From NCBI GenBank assembly GCA_028534125.1, contig CM052816.1, forward strand, positions 31,250,001 through 31,314,000: a stretch of 64,000 nt of DNA. The letters are read 5' to 3'. This DNA comes from Lama glama. Taxonomy: Eukaryota. The notes below the pieces were generated by a model. The model saw only the letters and a program-made list of their open reading frames with translations. It did not search any database and was not told where the DNA came from. The translations under genes and the position numbers were made by a program. Shown here one piece after another: positions 42,201 to 55,586 of the stretch (position 1 is its first letter; every line of letters starts with the position of its first letter).

Positions 42201-43339
42201 GAAACAGTTATTCCTACTTGTCCTTTATATTTTTTATGTAAACAAATTCAAATAAAAGGAAAGAACAATCTGAGCATTCTGTTTAGGGCTTGTATTTGGA
42301 TGACAAACAACTTAATCAGATACAGTTTATAAAAATATTGAGGCAACTCATGTACAAAACAGTTTGAAAATGTTTCTGTTTGTACTTTGTGTGTGCACAC
42401 TTAATACATAAACAATTTTTATATCTGTAGATACAACTAAGACAATGCATATGAAAGAAAAATATTTTTACTTTATTAAAGTGATTCACCAATGGATATT
42501 CCACGGTACATTAACTACCCTCAAAGGGTTTTTTTCTTTTTTGACTGCTATGTAAAAATATATCTTGTTTATGAAATATATACGTCATTAGTCATTTACA
42601 GTAATATATACATTTCTCCAGGAAAATATTAAAAGACGAAAGTTTATTGTTGCCACATCACTGTGGCTAAACATCAATTAAAGAAATAAACCAAGAAAAA
42701 CATTTGAACTTCTGTAGTCACAGCAAAAGGATACAGAAGGCAAAATAAAGTGGATGCATCTGGAGTACCCCAGCCACACCTCTAGATACCCCTTAATAAA
42801 TTAAACTCAAAACTGTCACTATTATTGGATATATACTTCTTAAAGACTTCTTTCAACTTAAAACAGAAACAGTGGTAGTAACAGCTATTCCCCTATTACT
42901 TCTGTCCTAAAGGCATGGATTCTTAAAACCTCTAGTTAATAAAGGACTAAATTTCAAGACTTAGAAGGAAACTTAGGAAGGCATGTCTAATGCGAACTCC
43001 ATCTCAAGCTAGGAGACTCTAATGAATGAATTTAGCAAAGATTTATGGAGTTCTCTATATTCAAGGCTCAATGTTGATTGCTGACGGTAACACAAATATA
43101 TCTAAAATCTAATATCTTCTTTTGAAGAATCTATAGGATGCCCCAAGGAATTATGGGCTGTGAAACAGAATACTGTACCATAATAATGCTAAAAACAAAA
43201 TCCTAAGACCAAGAGGAGTTTTTAGGCAAGATAAAAGGCTTCAAAGAATGCTCAAGCGATGTCTGAGTTAAGCCTAGAATTTGGCCATTTGGCAATGGAA
43301 GGGAAGGACATTCCCGGCAATGAGATAAGAATAAACTGA

Positions 43340-43812
43340 TGGCCTATACATACAGACCTCATTTCCAACTACCCTTTCCTCACAGCGTCTGCTCTGGCCA
43401 TGCCAGTCTTCTTGGTGTTCTTCTAATAGGGCAGGTTCTTCAAACAGGCATTCTCTCCTCAGGGCCTTTGCATCTGCTGCTCCCTGGGCCTGGAATGATC
43501 TTCCCCCAGTTATCTACAAGGATGGCTTTCTCACTTCCTTCAAGCTTTTGCTCAAATGTCACCTTCTCAGTGAAAATGTACCTGACCATACTATTTTAAA
43601 CTGTCACCGTTGTCCTCCCTATCACTCTTCCCTGCTTTATTTTTCCCACAGCACTTACTACTATCTGGCATAGTATACATTCTGCTTATTAGCTCTGTCT
43701 ATCCCCCTGCTGAAAGAGCAGAAGTTATCTGTTCCTTCATCTCCAAATTGTTAAACACTGCACATGGTAGGCATGAAATCAGTATTTGTCAACAAAATGA
43801 CTGATGGAATAA
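43340..43812 (+). mobile_element. L2 3' fragment
   Basis: cctcagggcctttgcatctgctg, ctcaaatgtcaccttctcagtga and a tatttgtcaa...gaat tail; similar fragments near 39920-40350 and 53800-54190. Confidence 0.7.
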
Positions 43813-45848
43813 AGAAATGAAAAAGATTTCTGCCCTCAAACAGATTATGATCTATCAGAGGAAGCAAATATATAAATAAATTATCTTAAATTATTCCTGA
43901 ATGACAAAAATAAACACATAGCTGGCAAAACTCAATTTATAAAAGACTAGTAATGCAGAAACAGTTCCTGGCATCCCCACTTCCACATGTTCAGTGACCA
44001 CTAGATTCTTCTTTTTATTACAACTCTCTCTGCCCCTGTGACACTGTCATTTAGCAGTGGCCAAAAATGACACCAGAGCTGCCACTGCTGCAAGAACTGT
44101 CTCCTCCCACATTCACCTTCACTGCTGCCTACTCAGTAAAGGTAAAAGATATTTCTGCTCCCATTGTTGGACAAGAAAAAGATGTATTTCTGGATTTCCA
44201 AATTCAATACATCTTTCTGTACATGATTAAATTCTGCCCTACAGGAGTGGTTAACACTGACATTATGGATTAGCCATGAAATCTACTGTTTTGAATACTG
44301 CTTAATTATTTAGTGTAGACATGGAAAAACATTTTAAAATTCTGTTTCACAACTGGAACATATCAGTTTCACATTGCAAATGGATGGCACAGGCAAAATG
44401 GCAAAGAGAACGATTCCTTCAGTAAAGGTTAGTACTATATTTTAGCCAAATGATTAACAATGCAAAGTTAAGGGCATTTTTTTCACTCAGAAGGATCAAG
44501 AAGGATTTTATCCTGGATTAAAGAATAGTGTAGAATTCTTAGAGTATTAGGATTTAAATTATACTATACTCAAACTAGGCAAGAGTAGTAGAAAATATTC
44601 TTTATTGCCAGCAAAAGCAAAACTACTTAAGGAAATGAGGAATGAACTTAAGATTTCTCACTTCAGCTAACACCCACAGACTGCATTATCGTTTTAGGTA
44701 AAGTGACATTTTCACATTTAATTTCTAATGGCAGGAATGATTTCCATCTGCGATTTAGCTGCATAGAAGTGGTAGCCTTGGCACAATTTCAATATTTAAT
44801 TGAAAGTTCATTTTTGGCTCTAAGCAAAATGCCTCAACACTACACAACAGTTATACCTCTACATTAATCCTATCACTGAGAGCCTAATTTTGTGTTTTAC
44901 CTAGTGGAGAATTTCGCCCTCTGATAGGCACAACTGCCTATTACCTTCCCGCAATCGTTGACAAATTACTTATCTTTACTACGTTAAAGCCTCCTGCACT
45001 TTTTCAACAATATTAACACGTCTAAAAGAGTTTTACAAATATTACTCTTCTTCATAAGGAGAAAAACTACAAATTGGGGCAAATTCCCTTACGCAGAAAA
45101 ATGCCAACTTTCAGTACAAAATCACAATTCTAATCGGTCAACTACAAATGTTGCCATTTATTGCAGGAGTAAATAAATTGCAGCACTGGGGGAAAGCCAC
45201 ATAAAAAACGTTGGGTCCTCAATCATCTTTTTCTTTAATAAGGAGACACCGGAAAGTCACCGTGGACAGTCGATCACGTCTGGCAACAACCTACAGGAGA
45301 GACCGTACAGAGCGTGCAGTCCTCCCAACGCAGGAAGCCCAAGTTCCTGCGCGAGGACAGGATTACGGCGGAAAACAGCAGCCCATCTGTCCACGGGAGG
45401 AGAGAAAGAAGTCCACCAGGAAAGGCTGGGAGTCGGGGAGGTGGGGCTGCGAAACCAACGGGCTCCGCGCTGCCTCCCTCGGCGTCTAACAGGAGCCGCG
45501 GGCAGCAGGAAGGCGAGGGTGCCGGGTGGGCTCGCGGGCGCAGGTGGGCTGCGGCTGCCCGACCGGCTTCGGCCCGACAACGCGAAGTCTCCAGGGCCTC
45601 GCCCGCGCAGCCGGGAAACAACCCAGCCCACAGACGGGCGAAGGAGCCGCCCGGGGAGAGCCACGTCGGAGGATGGGAGTGCCGCGGGAGGTGGGCACCG
45701 CGCTCACACCCAGCCGGAGGCTGACAGCCGGGAGCGCGAGGCGGCCGGGGCGCGAGAAGGGCCGCGGCGCGCCTGAGGGGGTCGCCCTGAGGGCGCCGCC
45801 GGCCGCCGACTCCCCCCTCACCCGGATCGGCGGCGGCGGGGTACTCAC

Positions 45849-45917
45849 GTAGGGCTGGTAGAACTTGGAGAGCCGCGGTTTCCCGTGGTTGTTAAAGATG
45901 AGGATCGCCTTGATCAT
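45849..45917 (-). CDS. AP3S1: AP-3 complex subunit sigma-1, coding exon 1 (MIKAILIFNNHGKPRLSKFYQPY)
   Basis: GCCATG Kozak, 69 nt, GTGAGT donor; recognised sigma3A N-terminus. Confidence 0.98.
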
Positions 45918-46028
45918 GGCTGAGCCGGGCCGACCGGGTGGGAGCTGGGGGCCAGGGCGGGGGCGGGCGCGCGAGCCTCGCCTCAGGATCTCGCCGGCGA
46001 TCCTTCCCCACCCGCCCCCTCCCGCACA

Positions 46029-46045
46029 CGCGCGCGCGCGCGCGC
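46029..46045. repeat. (CG)8 dinucleotide run
   Basis: cgcgcgcgcgcgcgcgc read directly. Confidence 0.95.
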
Positions 46046-46397
46046 CCCTGTGCTGCGGGGCGGGGCTGGGGTGGGGCGGGGCCTGGGCGGGGTCGGCGCG
46101 GAGGGAAGCGGAAACTGCTCCAGGCCGGAGCGCGAAGTAGAGGGGCGCCTGCGCACTCGTCAGCTCGCGGGGACGGTGCCCACCCACCTTTTCCGGGGAC
46201 TTGCTGGGGGAGATAGCAGTAACGCTATCCACGACAGAGGGATTGCAACAGGTTGGACGCGGAGGACCAACCTGCAATTCCGACTTTGAGCTCCCCCTCA
46301 CCAACTCCGGCGCCTCCCTAGCGACGCTCCCCGGCGCAAAGCCCGCCCACTGCACACGCGGAGCCACCACTTCCGCCCTCACTTCCCTCAGAGCAAG

Positions 46398-46560
46398 ATG
46401 GCAGAGGACCCGGAGTCTTCTCTGCAGCTCCCTCCCTCAAGTGCTGCTGAAGGCGAAGGTCCTACGGAGGGCTCCCCAGAGACGGTCACTCCGGAGCCCC
46501 CTTCTTCCGCTGCAGTCTCCCCGGGTACAGAGGAACCTGTCGGTGACACCAAGAAAAAAA
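46398..46560 (+). CDS. ATG12: Ubiquitin-like protein ATG12, coding exon 1 ([10 protein letters not shown]...GDTKKK)
   Basis: AAGATGG Kozak, 163 nt, GTAATT donor; matches the ATG12 disordered N-terminus. Confidence 0.97.
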
Positions 46561-47989
46561 GTAATTTTCGGAGCACTTTCACCCTGGGCAGAGGCGGGAG
46601 GTTTAGATTGTGTTCGACTAGGGATGGCGGCTAATAAAGAAGCAAATTTTGAGGAGGGTCGGTTCCAGACCCGGTTTTTGACAAGTCAGGGGAGAGGAAG
46701 TGTACTTTTCGTCTTTTAGGACGTTTGAGTTGACTGCGTCTCAAGGTGCTCGGTGCTTGGGTGCCGCAGCGTTTATTACGCTGTACTCGCATCTTTGAGT
46801 TGTCCGGAGTGCGAGCTCTTTGAAGGTGGGAGCTCAGTGGGATCTCTGTACTTCCAGGTACTTAACGCGGGACCCAATTATTTGAATAGTGATTTTAGGT
46901 GATAGAGAAGATCGGTAGCAAATCTGAATTAGAATCCACACCTTCCCACTAGGTTGCTGTTTTCTGTACCATTTGCGTGTGAATTCACACCTTGGACCAA
47001 AAAAAACGGGTTCTACCCAGAATGAAGAATGCTAAGGGGAAACCAAAGGCATAGACATTGCCTTTTTTTTTTTTAAACGCTGTTTTGGAACCTTTGTAAG
47101 TGAATCATCTCTCTGCTTGAACTAGCTGTCTTCAGCCCTTTATTGCTGAAGAATTAGTTCACTATTGTGAAATATAGAAGTTACTAAGTGGCGCACTCTA
47201 TGTAGAGTTACCTATGAGAAAAGCAGGAAATGAACGTCTGTTGGAAGAGATTGACCCTGGGCCTCAGACAGGTTTTCTCAGTCCAGAGTCTTAAAGTGTA
47301 GGTATGGCATGTTCTCAGAGATCTCGGGGCCTTTCACCCAACTTCACTTTCTGCTGCTTTGGAGGATAATTGTCTTTCCCAGCACTGTCCTCCTTTTAAG
47401 TCAGACTGCATCTACATTTGAGGGATGTCTGTTCAGTCACTTCCACGTGATACACCAGTAGAGAAACAAAAACCTACGATTATTTCTGTAAGTAACTACT
47501 AGTATCCGTCTTCAGATGAATCCCATGAGTTTTATAGATTTTTGTTCCCTCTTTTCCTTCAGGTTTACTGTAAGCAGGAACAGACTTTCAAAGGGTTTGT
47601 TTTAATATCTAGCAGTCTCAGTCAACAGCTTAGGACATACTTGACCCTGAAGATTGCTGTGTAAAACAGTGACTATAAAGTAATGGCCCTTAACCCAGAT
47701 ATGGCCTGAGGTGTTACTATGGCATGTTTTCTTTGGTCTGCACAATTTATGTTTTTAAACCATCACTTAAAAATCAAAATTTCATTTTCTGACTTCTGTG
47801 AGCGTTTGAGTTAGCCTTTCTGGTATAAAGCTTACTTTCTGGCTTTTGAATTTCTATCCTGAATTTGTCTTCCTTTTTTGAGAACCTCTTCTGATGAAAA
47901 AAGCTTAAATATTTCATATGCTCCACGTTTGATTTAATCTACAGGTTACTGAGGCAGACCGAGGTTGTTGGCCCTGAAAGCACTTTTGG

Positions 47990-48128
47990 ATTATCTGGGA
48001 GAGCTTTTGAATATACCAATGCCAAGGCCCTACTTTCAGAAGATTCTGATTTAATTGATGTAGATACCTGTATTCTTGTAAATGTTCCCCCAGTTAAGTC
48101 TAATGTGTAGCTAGGGTGAGAACTACCA
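47990..48128. mobile_element. MER5A-like hAT MITE
   Basis: agattctgatttaattg ... tctaatgtgtagctagggtgagaactac. Confidence 0.6.
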
Positions 48129-49501
48129 GCAAAGCACCTTTAGAATTGTTTTTGAAAGTACAGCTATAATTATAAATAATTAAAATAAATATTTTTACTT
48201 CTCCAGCATCTTGCCCCCCTGCCCCTTCTTCAGAATTACAACTCTATTTTCTTCTCCACTTTCTTGGAATGCCCAATTGCAGTTGACTGATAGCCCCAGG
48301 GGTTTGAGGGAGCAGGAAAGGGGAGGTATGGAAGGTGAGTTAACCAGAATCCCCTTAGGTATCTCTCAATTCATCTCTTTCCCTTAGGTTACTTAGGGTG
48401 GAATTACTAAATGGAAGAAGGAAGATAAACTGTGCATTATGTTTTAGATGCCTTCAATCCATGGGTAAACTTGAGTATGATCTCAGTAACCTCATTGGGT
48501 CCCAATTTTTAAAACAAAAGAATGGGACAAAAGGATGTAATAGAATAGAGTTGACTTGAGGGGGCAGCAGAGCATTATTTTGCTTTCAGTGTTGCTTTTG
48601 ATGGCGGAAACTTTTTTTTTTTTTAATAAGCAAAGTAACTTCAGGAGATAGATTCATAGTCTTTGTGTTTGCATCTTTTTATTTTGAGTTGTTAAAACCT
48701 TTGATTTTTCTGAAACTTTTCTCGACCCTAATTGTATTTTCTTTTTAATAATTTTTATTGTTTTCCTTTATTAAAAAGTTATAGAAAACTTGGTGGTTAC
48801 GAAAAGTACAAACAAAATCAAATAATAATCACTCATAATGTCACTACTGAGAAATAGCATTTTGGTATATATTCTACATTTATGTGAATATGTGTTTGTG
48901 ATGATTCTAATGAAATTAAGTTATATTTAGTGCCTTTAATAACTTTTGCATACTGATAAATATGCTTTTATTATATGTTTCTTTAATGGCAACTTAATAA
49001 TCTTAAGGTTTAATAAGTTATGAGCTGATCCTGTTCTAAACACTACATGTATTTATTTAATCTTCATAACAATTTTATGAGGTAGGTCCTATTATCCATA
49101 ATATACAAATGGAAAAACTGTTGCAAAGAGAGATTAAAGAGCTTATCTAGATATACATGTATATACCTAGCAAATGGCAGGGCCAGGATTTTGAACCCGG
49201 GGAGTTTAGAGTGTGTACTCTTTACTGCAGTATATAAATCCTATCGTAGAGTGTAATATCCTTTAACCAGTTCACTCTAAATATTTTCATTGGATATTTA
49301 GGTTTATCAGGGTTTTTTCCTTAAAAATAAATGTTTTGATGAAGGTGAAATCCTTTGAATCTTTTTGTATCTCATGTTTATCAACTCAGGCATACCTCCA
49401 ATATCAGAAATACATAAACTGTATATTGATTAATGGTTTAAGTTTTCTGTAAAGTTTTTTATATCACAGTCTTTTTAAATGTTTCAGTGTAATTGTCTGT
49501 A

Positions 49502-49867
<366 letters not shown>

Positions 49868-49907
49868 TGAAAGCAGTAGTGATCATTGCCCTACAAAAAT
49901 TCACATG

Positions 49908-50210
49908 CATTCATTTCTCAGTGTCTGAGGGAATTGATTTCCAGGACTATACTCTGCAGATGCTCAGGTTCCTTATACAAAATGCAGTATTTATGTATAA
50001 TCTGTTCACATCCTCCCGTATACCTTAAATCATCTCTAGATCACTTATGATACCTAATACGGTGTAAGTGCTACATCAGTAGTTGCGGGTGCATGGCAAA
50101 TTAGTTTTGCTTTTTGGAACTCTCTGGAAAATTTTTCCCCAAGTATTTTCCATTGCATTTGGATGAATCTGAGGGAGGGTGCATAACCCATGGATACAGA
50201 GGGCAAACTG
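49908..50210. mobile_element. MER2-like Tigger MITE
   Basis: cacatcctcccgtataccttaaatcatctctagat and catggatacagagggcaaactg+TA. Confidence 0.8.
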
Positions 50211-51362
50211 TAGTCCCTAGGCAACAATGAATAACTGTTGTATATAGAAATACACATGGAGCCACACATGTTAACTTCAGTAATGTCCTGTTATTTCTTT
50301 TGTTAGTGGAATCTCTGTGCTTTATCTGCCCTGTATACACAGATTTTTGACTGTGCAGATGGTGGACCCCATGCCCCTCATTGTTCAGGGGTCAGCTGTG
50401 CTTATTTCATATCAAGGTACATGTTAAGCATTTCATGGTGGGGTGTAAGGGTTAATACTTTAAATGCTACTGGCTTTTAACTTGGTATTTGATTACAGAC
50501 ATTAAAATTTATACATACATTTGACATTTTGTCACATGTTAATAGACACCTTTATCTTCAAACCACGATCTTTGTCAGTATTAACATAATATATGAGTGG
50601 ATAGGTAATTGAAGAATCACTAAGTATTTCTTAAATACAGTTATGTTTAAGCATGGGAGGGGTGTGGTTGCTTCTGAACACAGGAGTGAGAACTGATAAA
50701 ATGAACTGATTATTTATTAAAGCATGAAGTGTTGGAATTTATTTCTTTTTGCCAATGAAGAGAAAGACAGTACTCTGATCTGAGAGTTTGGCAGTAAGTG
50801 GCTCTCACAAAAGGGTCATAGGTGCAAAAGTAAGTGCAAGATAGGTTAATCACTAGAACTTATTTGAGGCAAGGATAGCAGGGAGCCAGAGATTCCTCCA
50901 AAAGAAGCTGTAAGGGGAAAGTGCTGGGGATATTGAAGTTTTACAGGTGAACATCTCCCTTTGTGATCCCTCATAGTGGATCAACAGAGAAAATCATCTG
51001 TTTTATGAGTGCTGTATAGGATTTAATTAAATATCAGAGTTGGGCAAGAAGATTATTATGACATCCACTTGAATATGGTAGCTAAAACCTCAGGAGCAGA
51101 GTCCAAGTCTAAATGAAAAAGTAAGGGGAATGAGGACATACACTTAAGAGAAACGAGCAGACATTGAATCTCTACTAAGGGTAGAGCATGAAGAGTTGGA
51201 GAGGTAGGAAACCAGAGGACCACCAAATAATTAAAACATTACTTTTAGAACTTTGTTGATAGAAGAAAAGATCAAACAACATTATATTCTGTGTTAGAGT
51301 TTTGGCATTTTGCATGGCCTATATTCAGTGATCTGAAAGGACTTGATTGATGTCAATATCTA

Positions 51363-51440
51363 TTAGGTTGAACAATATAAATTGCCGTCAGTTAATCATT
51401 TTAACCTGTAAAAATAGCAATTTCATATGGTCCAATCTTA
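51363..51440. mobile_element. MADE2-like mariner palindromic MITE
   Basis: ttaggttgaacaatataaattgc ... gcaatttcatatggtccaatcttaa imperfect inverted repeat of about 80 bp. Confidence 0.8.
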
Positions 51441-51609
51441 AACCTTTATAGTGAATCTGAGTATCCCTTCCCATTTAAGCAATAGGAAACATAAACAAAG
51501 TAGTCTTTTAGTCACTTTTCTAGATTAAACTAGAACTCACCTTCTGACTTAATAGAGCTTTGCCCCACATTATTTGCACATATGATTGTCGAAAGAAAAA
51601 ATCAACAAT

Positions 51610-53650
51610 AGGGATTCTAGGAAGATAGCAGTGGTGTCAGAGGCGTGGTTAAAATTCTAATTCCCACAAAAACATAGTCAACTAGGTAGCAAAACCAAAA
51701 ACCCATGATCAGTGGATGACAAAGTATCCTCATGAACCCTGAGATGCAAGTTGGTTGGGGATGATCCACCACCAACCACAGAATCTGTGTGGTATCAGCA
51801 AATATGCTGAAAAAAGCAAGCAGTAGGATTGGCGTCTGACAGCACTGAGACAGGGAGAACCTGAAAATAGCTAACAGCTGTTTACTGGAAAGTGCAGTGG
51901 GCCAATTTAAGAATAGTAGCTGAAACTGAAAGGATTTGTTTCTCCCCTGTAGAAGCGATTACAGTATATCTGCACTAGGATAGCCCCTGAGAGATCTCAA
52001 AACAGACTTAGTTAGACTCCCTTCCAAGACAAGATCCTACACTGAGGAGGAACTTCTGGAATTGAAACACATTTAAGCAGGGCAGGAATGTGAGAGAGGA
52101 AGGAAAGAGAAGGACCAGATCAAAGTGGAGGGGAACCTGGAAAGCTCAGAAAGCAGGCCTCCATACTGTTCAACACTATACAAAAAACTACAGAGAGGGA
52201 GCTCTGTGGACTTAGAACAATGACAGTAACCCCCCATTTTTCTAAAAGTTGAATAAATGAATTTCATGTAAAAATAAGCAACAGAGAAGTGTCAAGATCA
52301 AATCCTGCACAATGTTTATAAGGAAAAGTAAACCAATAACATCCCTAAAGACAATGAAAGCCTGCCAGAAAAATGTGCCTACTAGACAGGTCAATAACTG
52401 TAACTTACGATGCCAACCAGGTGTTAAAAGACATAAGAAAAATGATACAAGACTTGAAGGGATCATGTCAGCTGACTTGTAGCAACTTGGATGGACCTGG
52501 AGAGCATTATGCTAAGTGAAATAAGTCAGAGAAAAACATACTGTATGACATCACTTATGTGTGGAGTCTAAAAATACAAAAAAGTAGCGAATATAACAAA
52601 AAAAAAAAGCAGACTCACAGCTATAGAGAGCAAACTAGTGGTTACCATTGTGGGTTAGGGTGAGAGGTGCAGACTTCTGAATGTAAGACAGGCTCAAGGA
52701 TGTATTGTACAACACGGGGAATATAGCCAATATTTTGTAATAACTAAATGGAAAGTAACCTATAAAAATTGTATAAATTTGGTTCAATCTGTGGATGCAC
52801 AACCATGAATATTGAGGACCGACTGTAAAGTTATTGGCGGATTTTCAGCTGTGAGGAGGATGGGCACTTCAGCCCCTGCATTATTCAAGAATCAACTGTA
52901 CATATTGTCCAGAATTTTATTAAAATATACAAATTCCCAAAACTGTGATATTATTTAAAAAATAAGTATTTGATGTTATTTTATCGGTGTTTACTTTATC
53001 AATTGTTTACTTTCAGACCTTGCAGTCTGAAAGCAGAGCAAACTTCAAAACCTTTAAGAAAAAACTTTTTTTAATTTTCAAAAAAAATTTTTTAAATAAA
53101 AAACTTTAACCTTCCCAGCTTTTGGTTGTGAAGGCCCTAGTGGAGGAAAGCAACAATTTGAAAGAAAAATGACAAATATTGCATATAGAAAAAAGGAGAG
53201 TGAACTTACAGATAATGGAGTCCCTGAAGAAGAAAACCAAAGCAAAGGAACAAAAATACTTAGCACTATAATTCAAGGGAAATTTCTTTAAAAAGATTTG
53301 AAACCACGTATTGAAAAAATACACCAAGATCCTAAGAATACTAATTCATCATAACACCAGGACATTCTGGTAAAATTACTGGGTAAGCAATAAAAAGAAA
53401 AAACCCTTTTCACATCTGGGAAGGTGACATGGCCTAGGAAATTAGGTTACCACCAAACTGTGGCAGCAAAGATACAAAATAAGAGTGAGATAAGGATTTT
53501 TATACATAACAAAACTGACTTTTTATTCAAGGTACAAACTGTTAACAATGTGTAAGAACTCAGAGAATGCTGTTCCCACGAACCGTTCTTGAGGAATCTA
53601 CCAGAGAAAGAGCTTTATAACAACCAAGATAACTAAAGAGACATTGATAT
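51610..53650 (+). mobile_element. Old L1 5'/ORF1-like region with a nested L1 3' fragment (about 52470-52780) and a Tigger MITE remnant (about 52780-52900)
   Basis: ggaagatagcag L1-5'-like start; tggatggacctggagagcattatgctaagtgaaataagtcag; ttcaagaatcaactgta. Confidence 0.6.
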
Positions 53651-55523
53651 AAAGAATCATTACTCTTTAAAACAAAAATTTTATCCTCTCAAATTCTAGC
53701 ATTTAGCAAAAGATTGCATCTTGAAATTTTTACCTCCATGAAACTTCCATTTAGATTAGCTTAATTGCTTTTTTTTTTGTTAAAGTCACTGTCACTTGAC
53801 TCTTGTTATTTTGAATTCCTGTAGTTTTCTACCACATCTGCTCTACTGTTCCTTCAGCCATTGTAACATCTTACTTTTGTTCCTTTTGCTTACAAAGCCC
53901 TAATTACTACTCTCTTCACCTTTTTAAGTCCTAATTTATTCCCGTCTTTCCTTACAGAAAGCCTTCCCTGACCAAAAAAGACTAGGCTAAAATAATGCTA
54001 CAACTCTATACTACACACCTTGTCAGATGCATTTTTTCCATCTATATTCTAAACTATTTGTGTGTGTCTGCCTCTCCAATAGATTGAAAACTCATTGAGG
54101 GGAAACGTCATCTTAATCTTCATTGTTCCACACACTGTACAGTTCCTAGAACATGATAGACACTCAGGGAATGTTTGCTGAAATAAACTAAATTGTTGTC
54201 CAGAGCTTTTCTCCTAATTTAAAATGTACCAAAGAGTAAAATCTGTGTTCACTCATAGTTAAACTACCAGGAACCAAACACAAATTATTATATCTGTATC
54301 ACAGGGAATTTCACATTAAAATGCACACTGATTTCTGTTAAATTTCTGAAATTATATTAGAACCTTACTCAGCCTTTACAATGAACTGATATTTAAGCAT
54401 GAACTATTTTTAAATAATAAGTATAACGTCTGTTGAGTACATGCTAAGCACTGATACTAGATGTATACTATCTCATTCTATTTCCCAGGAGCTCCAAGAA
54501 GTATAGGTACTGTTACCATATTTACAAACAGTTTGGGGAAAGTTTTTTGTATTCAGAGCCAGAATTAAAACCTAGATCTGTCTCAGTAGAGCCCCTGGTC
54601 TTAATTACCACACTGTATTACCTGAAGGAAAAATGTAAGTGATACTCTCGTTACAGCTGGTGACCCAAGTAGTGTCTTTCAACCAACTATTTAAATGTGT
54701 ATTTTATATATATATATATATTTTAAGGACCATGTTAAGCCCAGGAAATTTTAGTCTCAGAATTTGATTATAGATGAAGGAAAATGTTACCTACAAATAA
54801 TGTTTTGTTTTCTAAAAAGAAAACTATCAAAAGGCACTTTGACATTGATCTTTTGTTTCAGTGTTTTCAGGAATGTTTTAAGTACTGGAAATGTTTTAGT
54901 AAAAACAGACTAAAGTGAAACATTGAACAATGAATCCTTTAAAGGACAAGGTTGTAAGGACATTTGGTTTCAATTGTGTTAGGACATGTTTTTCTACTTC
55001 ATTTGGCTGCATGTGACATTACAGTAGTTGCATTCATCCTGAAGTTCACTACCTTAAAGAGTTTTCAGAAGTGGTAATGGTAAAAAAAAAAAAAAAAGCC
55101 ATTTGTGTCATTTACTCAAGAAAAATGCACAAACAGCCTCTATTAGATTTCTTGATTTTGGACTGTGTGTAAAATTTTGTTAGGAGAAATTCTGTCTTTA
55201 TGAGTAAGTAAGCAAATTGTTATTTTTAATAATGTAATTTCTTGGATAACCTTCAAAAGCTGTTTGTAAAAACAATAAAAGTTTCTTAGTTATAAAAGGT
55301 TGGGAACAAAAGTTCTGTTATTCCTCCAGAGGAAAGGCATGCTCTTCATAAAGATCTCACTAGTTGACTAATTTATGAGAATTAGAAAGAAAGTTAGGGA
55401 AGCTTTCTTCAATTCTGAAGACAAGGAATTTGAAATAGCTGGCTGATTGGGACCCAGAAAAAAGGCAGATTAATCTGGATACCATTAAAAATGAATCACC
55501 ATAAGTTTTCTTCTTTCTTGCAG

Positions 55524-55586
55524 TTTATTTATGTGAATCAGTCCTTTGCCCCCTCCCCAGACCAGGAAGTTGGAACCCTTTATGAG
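55524..55586 (+). CDS. ATG12: ATG12 coding exon 3 ([21 protein letters not shown])
   Basis: Pyrimidine tract and CAG acceptor, 63 nt, GTAAAA donor. Confidence 0.98.

Larger units (their letters stand above)
45250..46870. promoter_or_regulatory. CpG island / bidirectional promoter of AP3S1 and ATG12
   Basis: High GC and CpG density; divergent ATGs at 45917 (-) and 46398 (+); GC boxes 46057-46092; NRF1-type GCGCCTGCGCA 46145-46155; ETS-type CACTTCCG 46368-46375; YY1-like CAAGATGGC over the ATG12 start. Confidence 0.92.

Noticed and set aside
46287..46397. N-terminally extended ATG12, as in an older longer human annotation recalled from memory
   Set aside because: In-frame TGA at 46287-46289 and no ATG between it and 46398.
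45211..46719. Many long overlapping ORFs (up to 298 aa) in the AP3S1/ATG12 CpG island
   Set aside because: Expected in stop-poor GC-rich DNA; low-complexity R/P/G/A translations. Only the AP3S1 and ATG12 exon-1 parts are recognisable.
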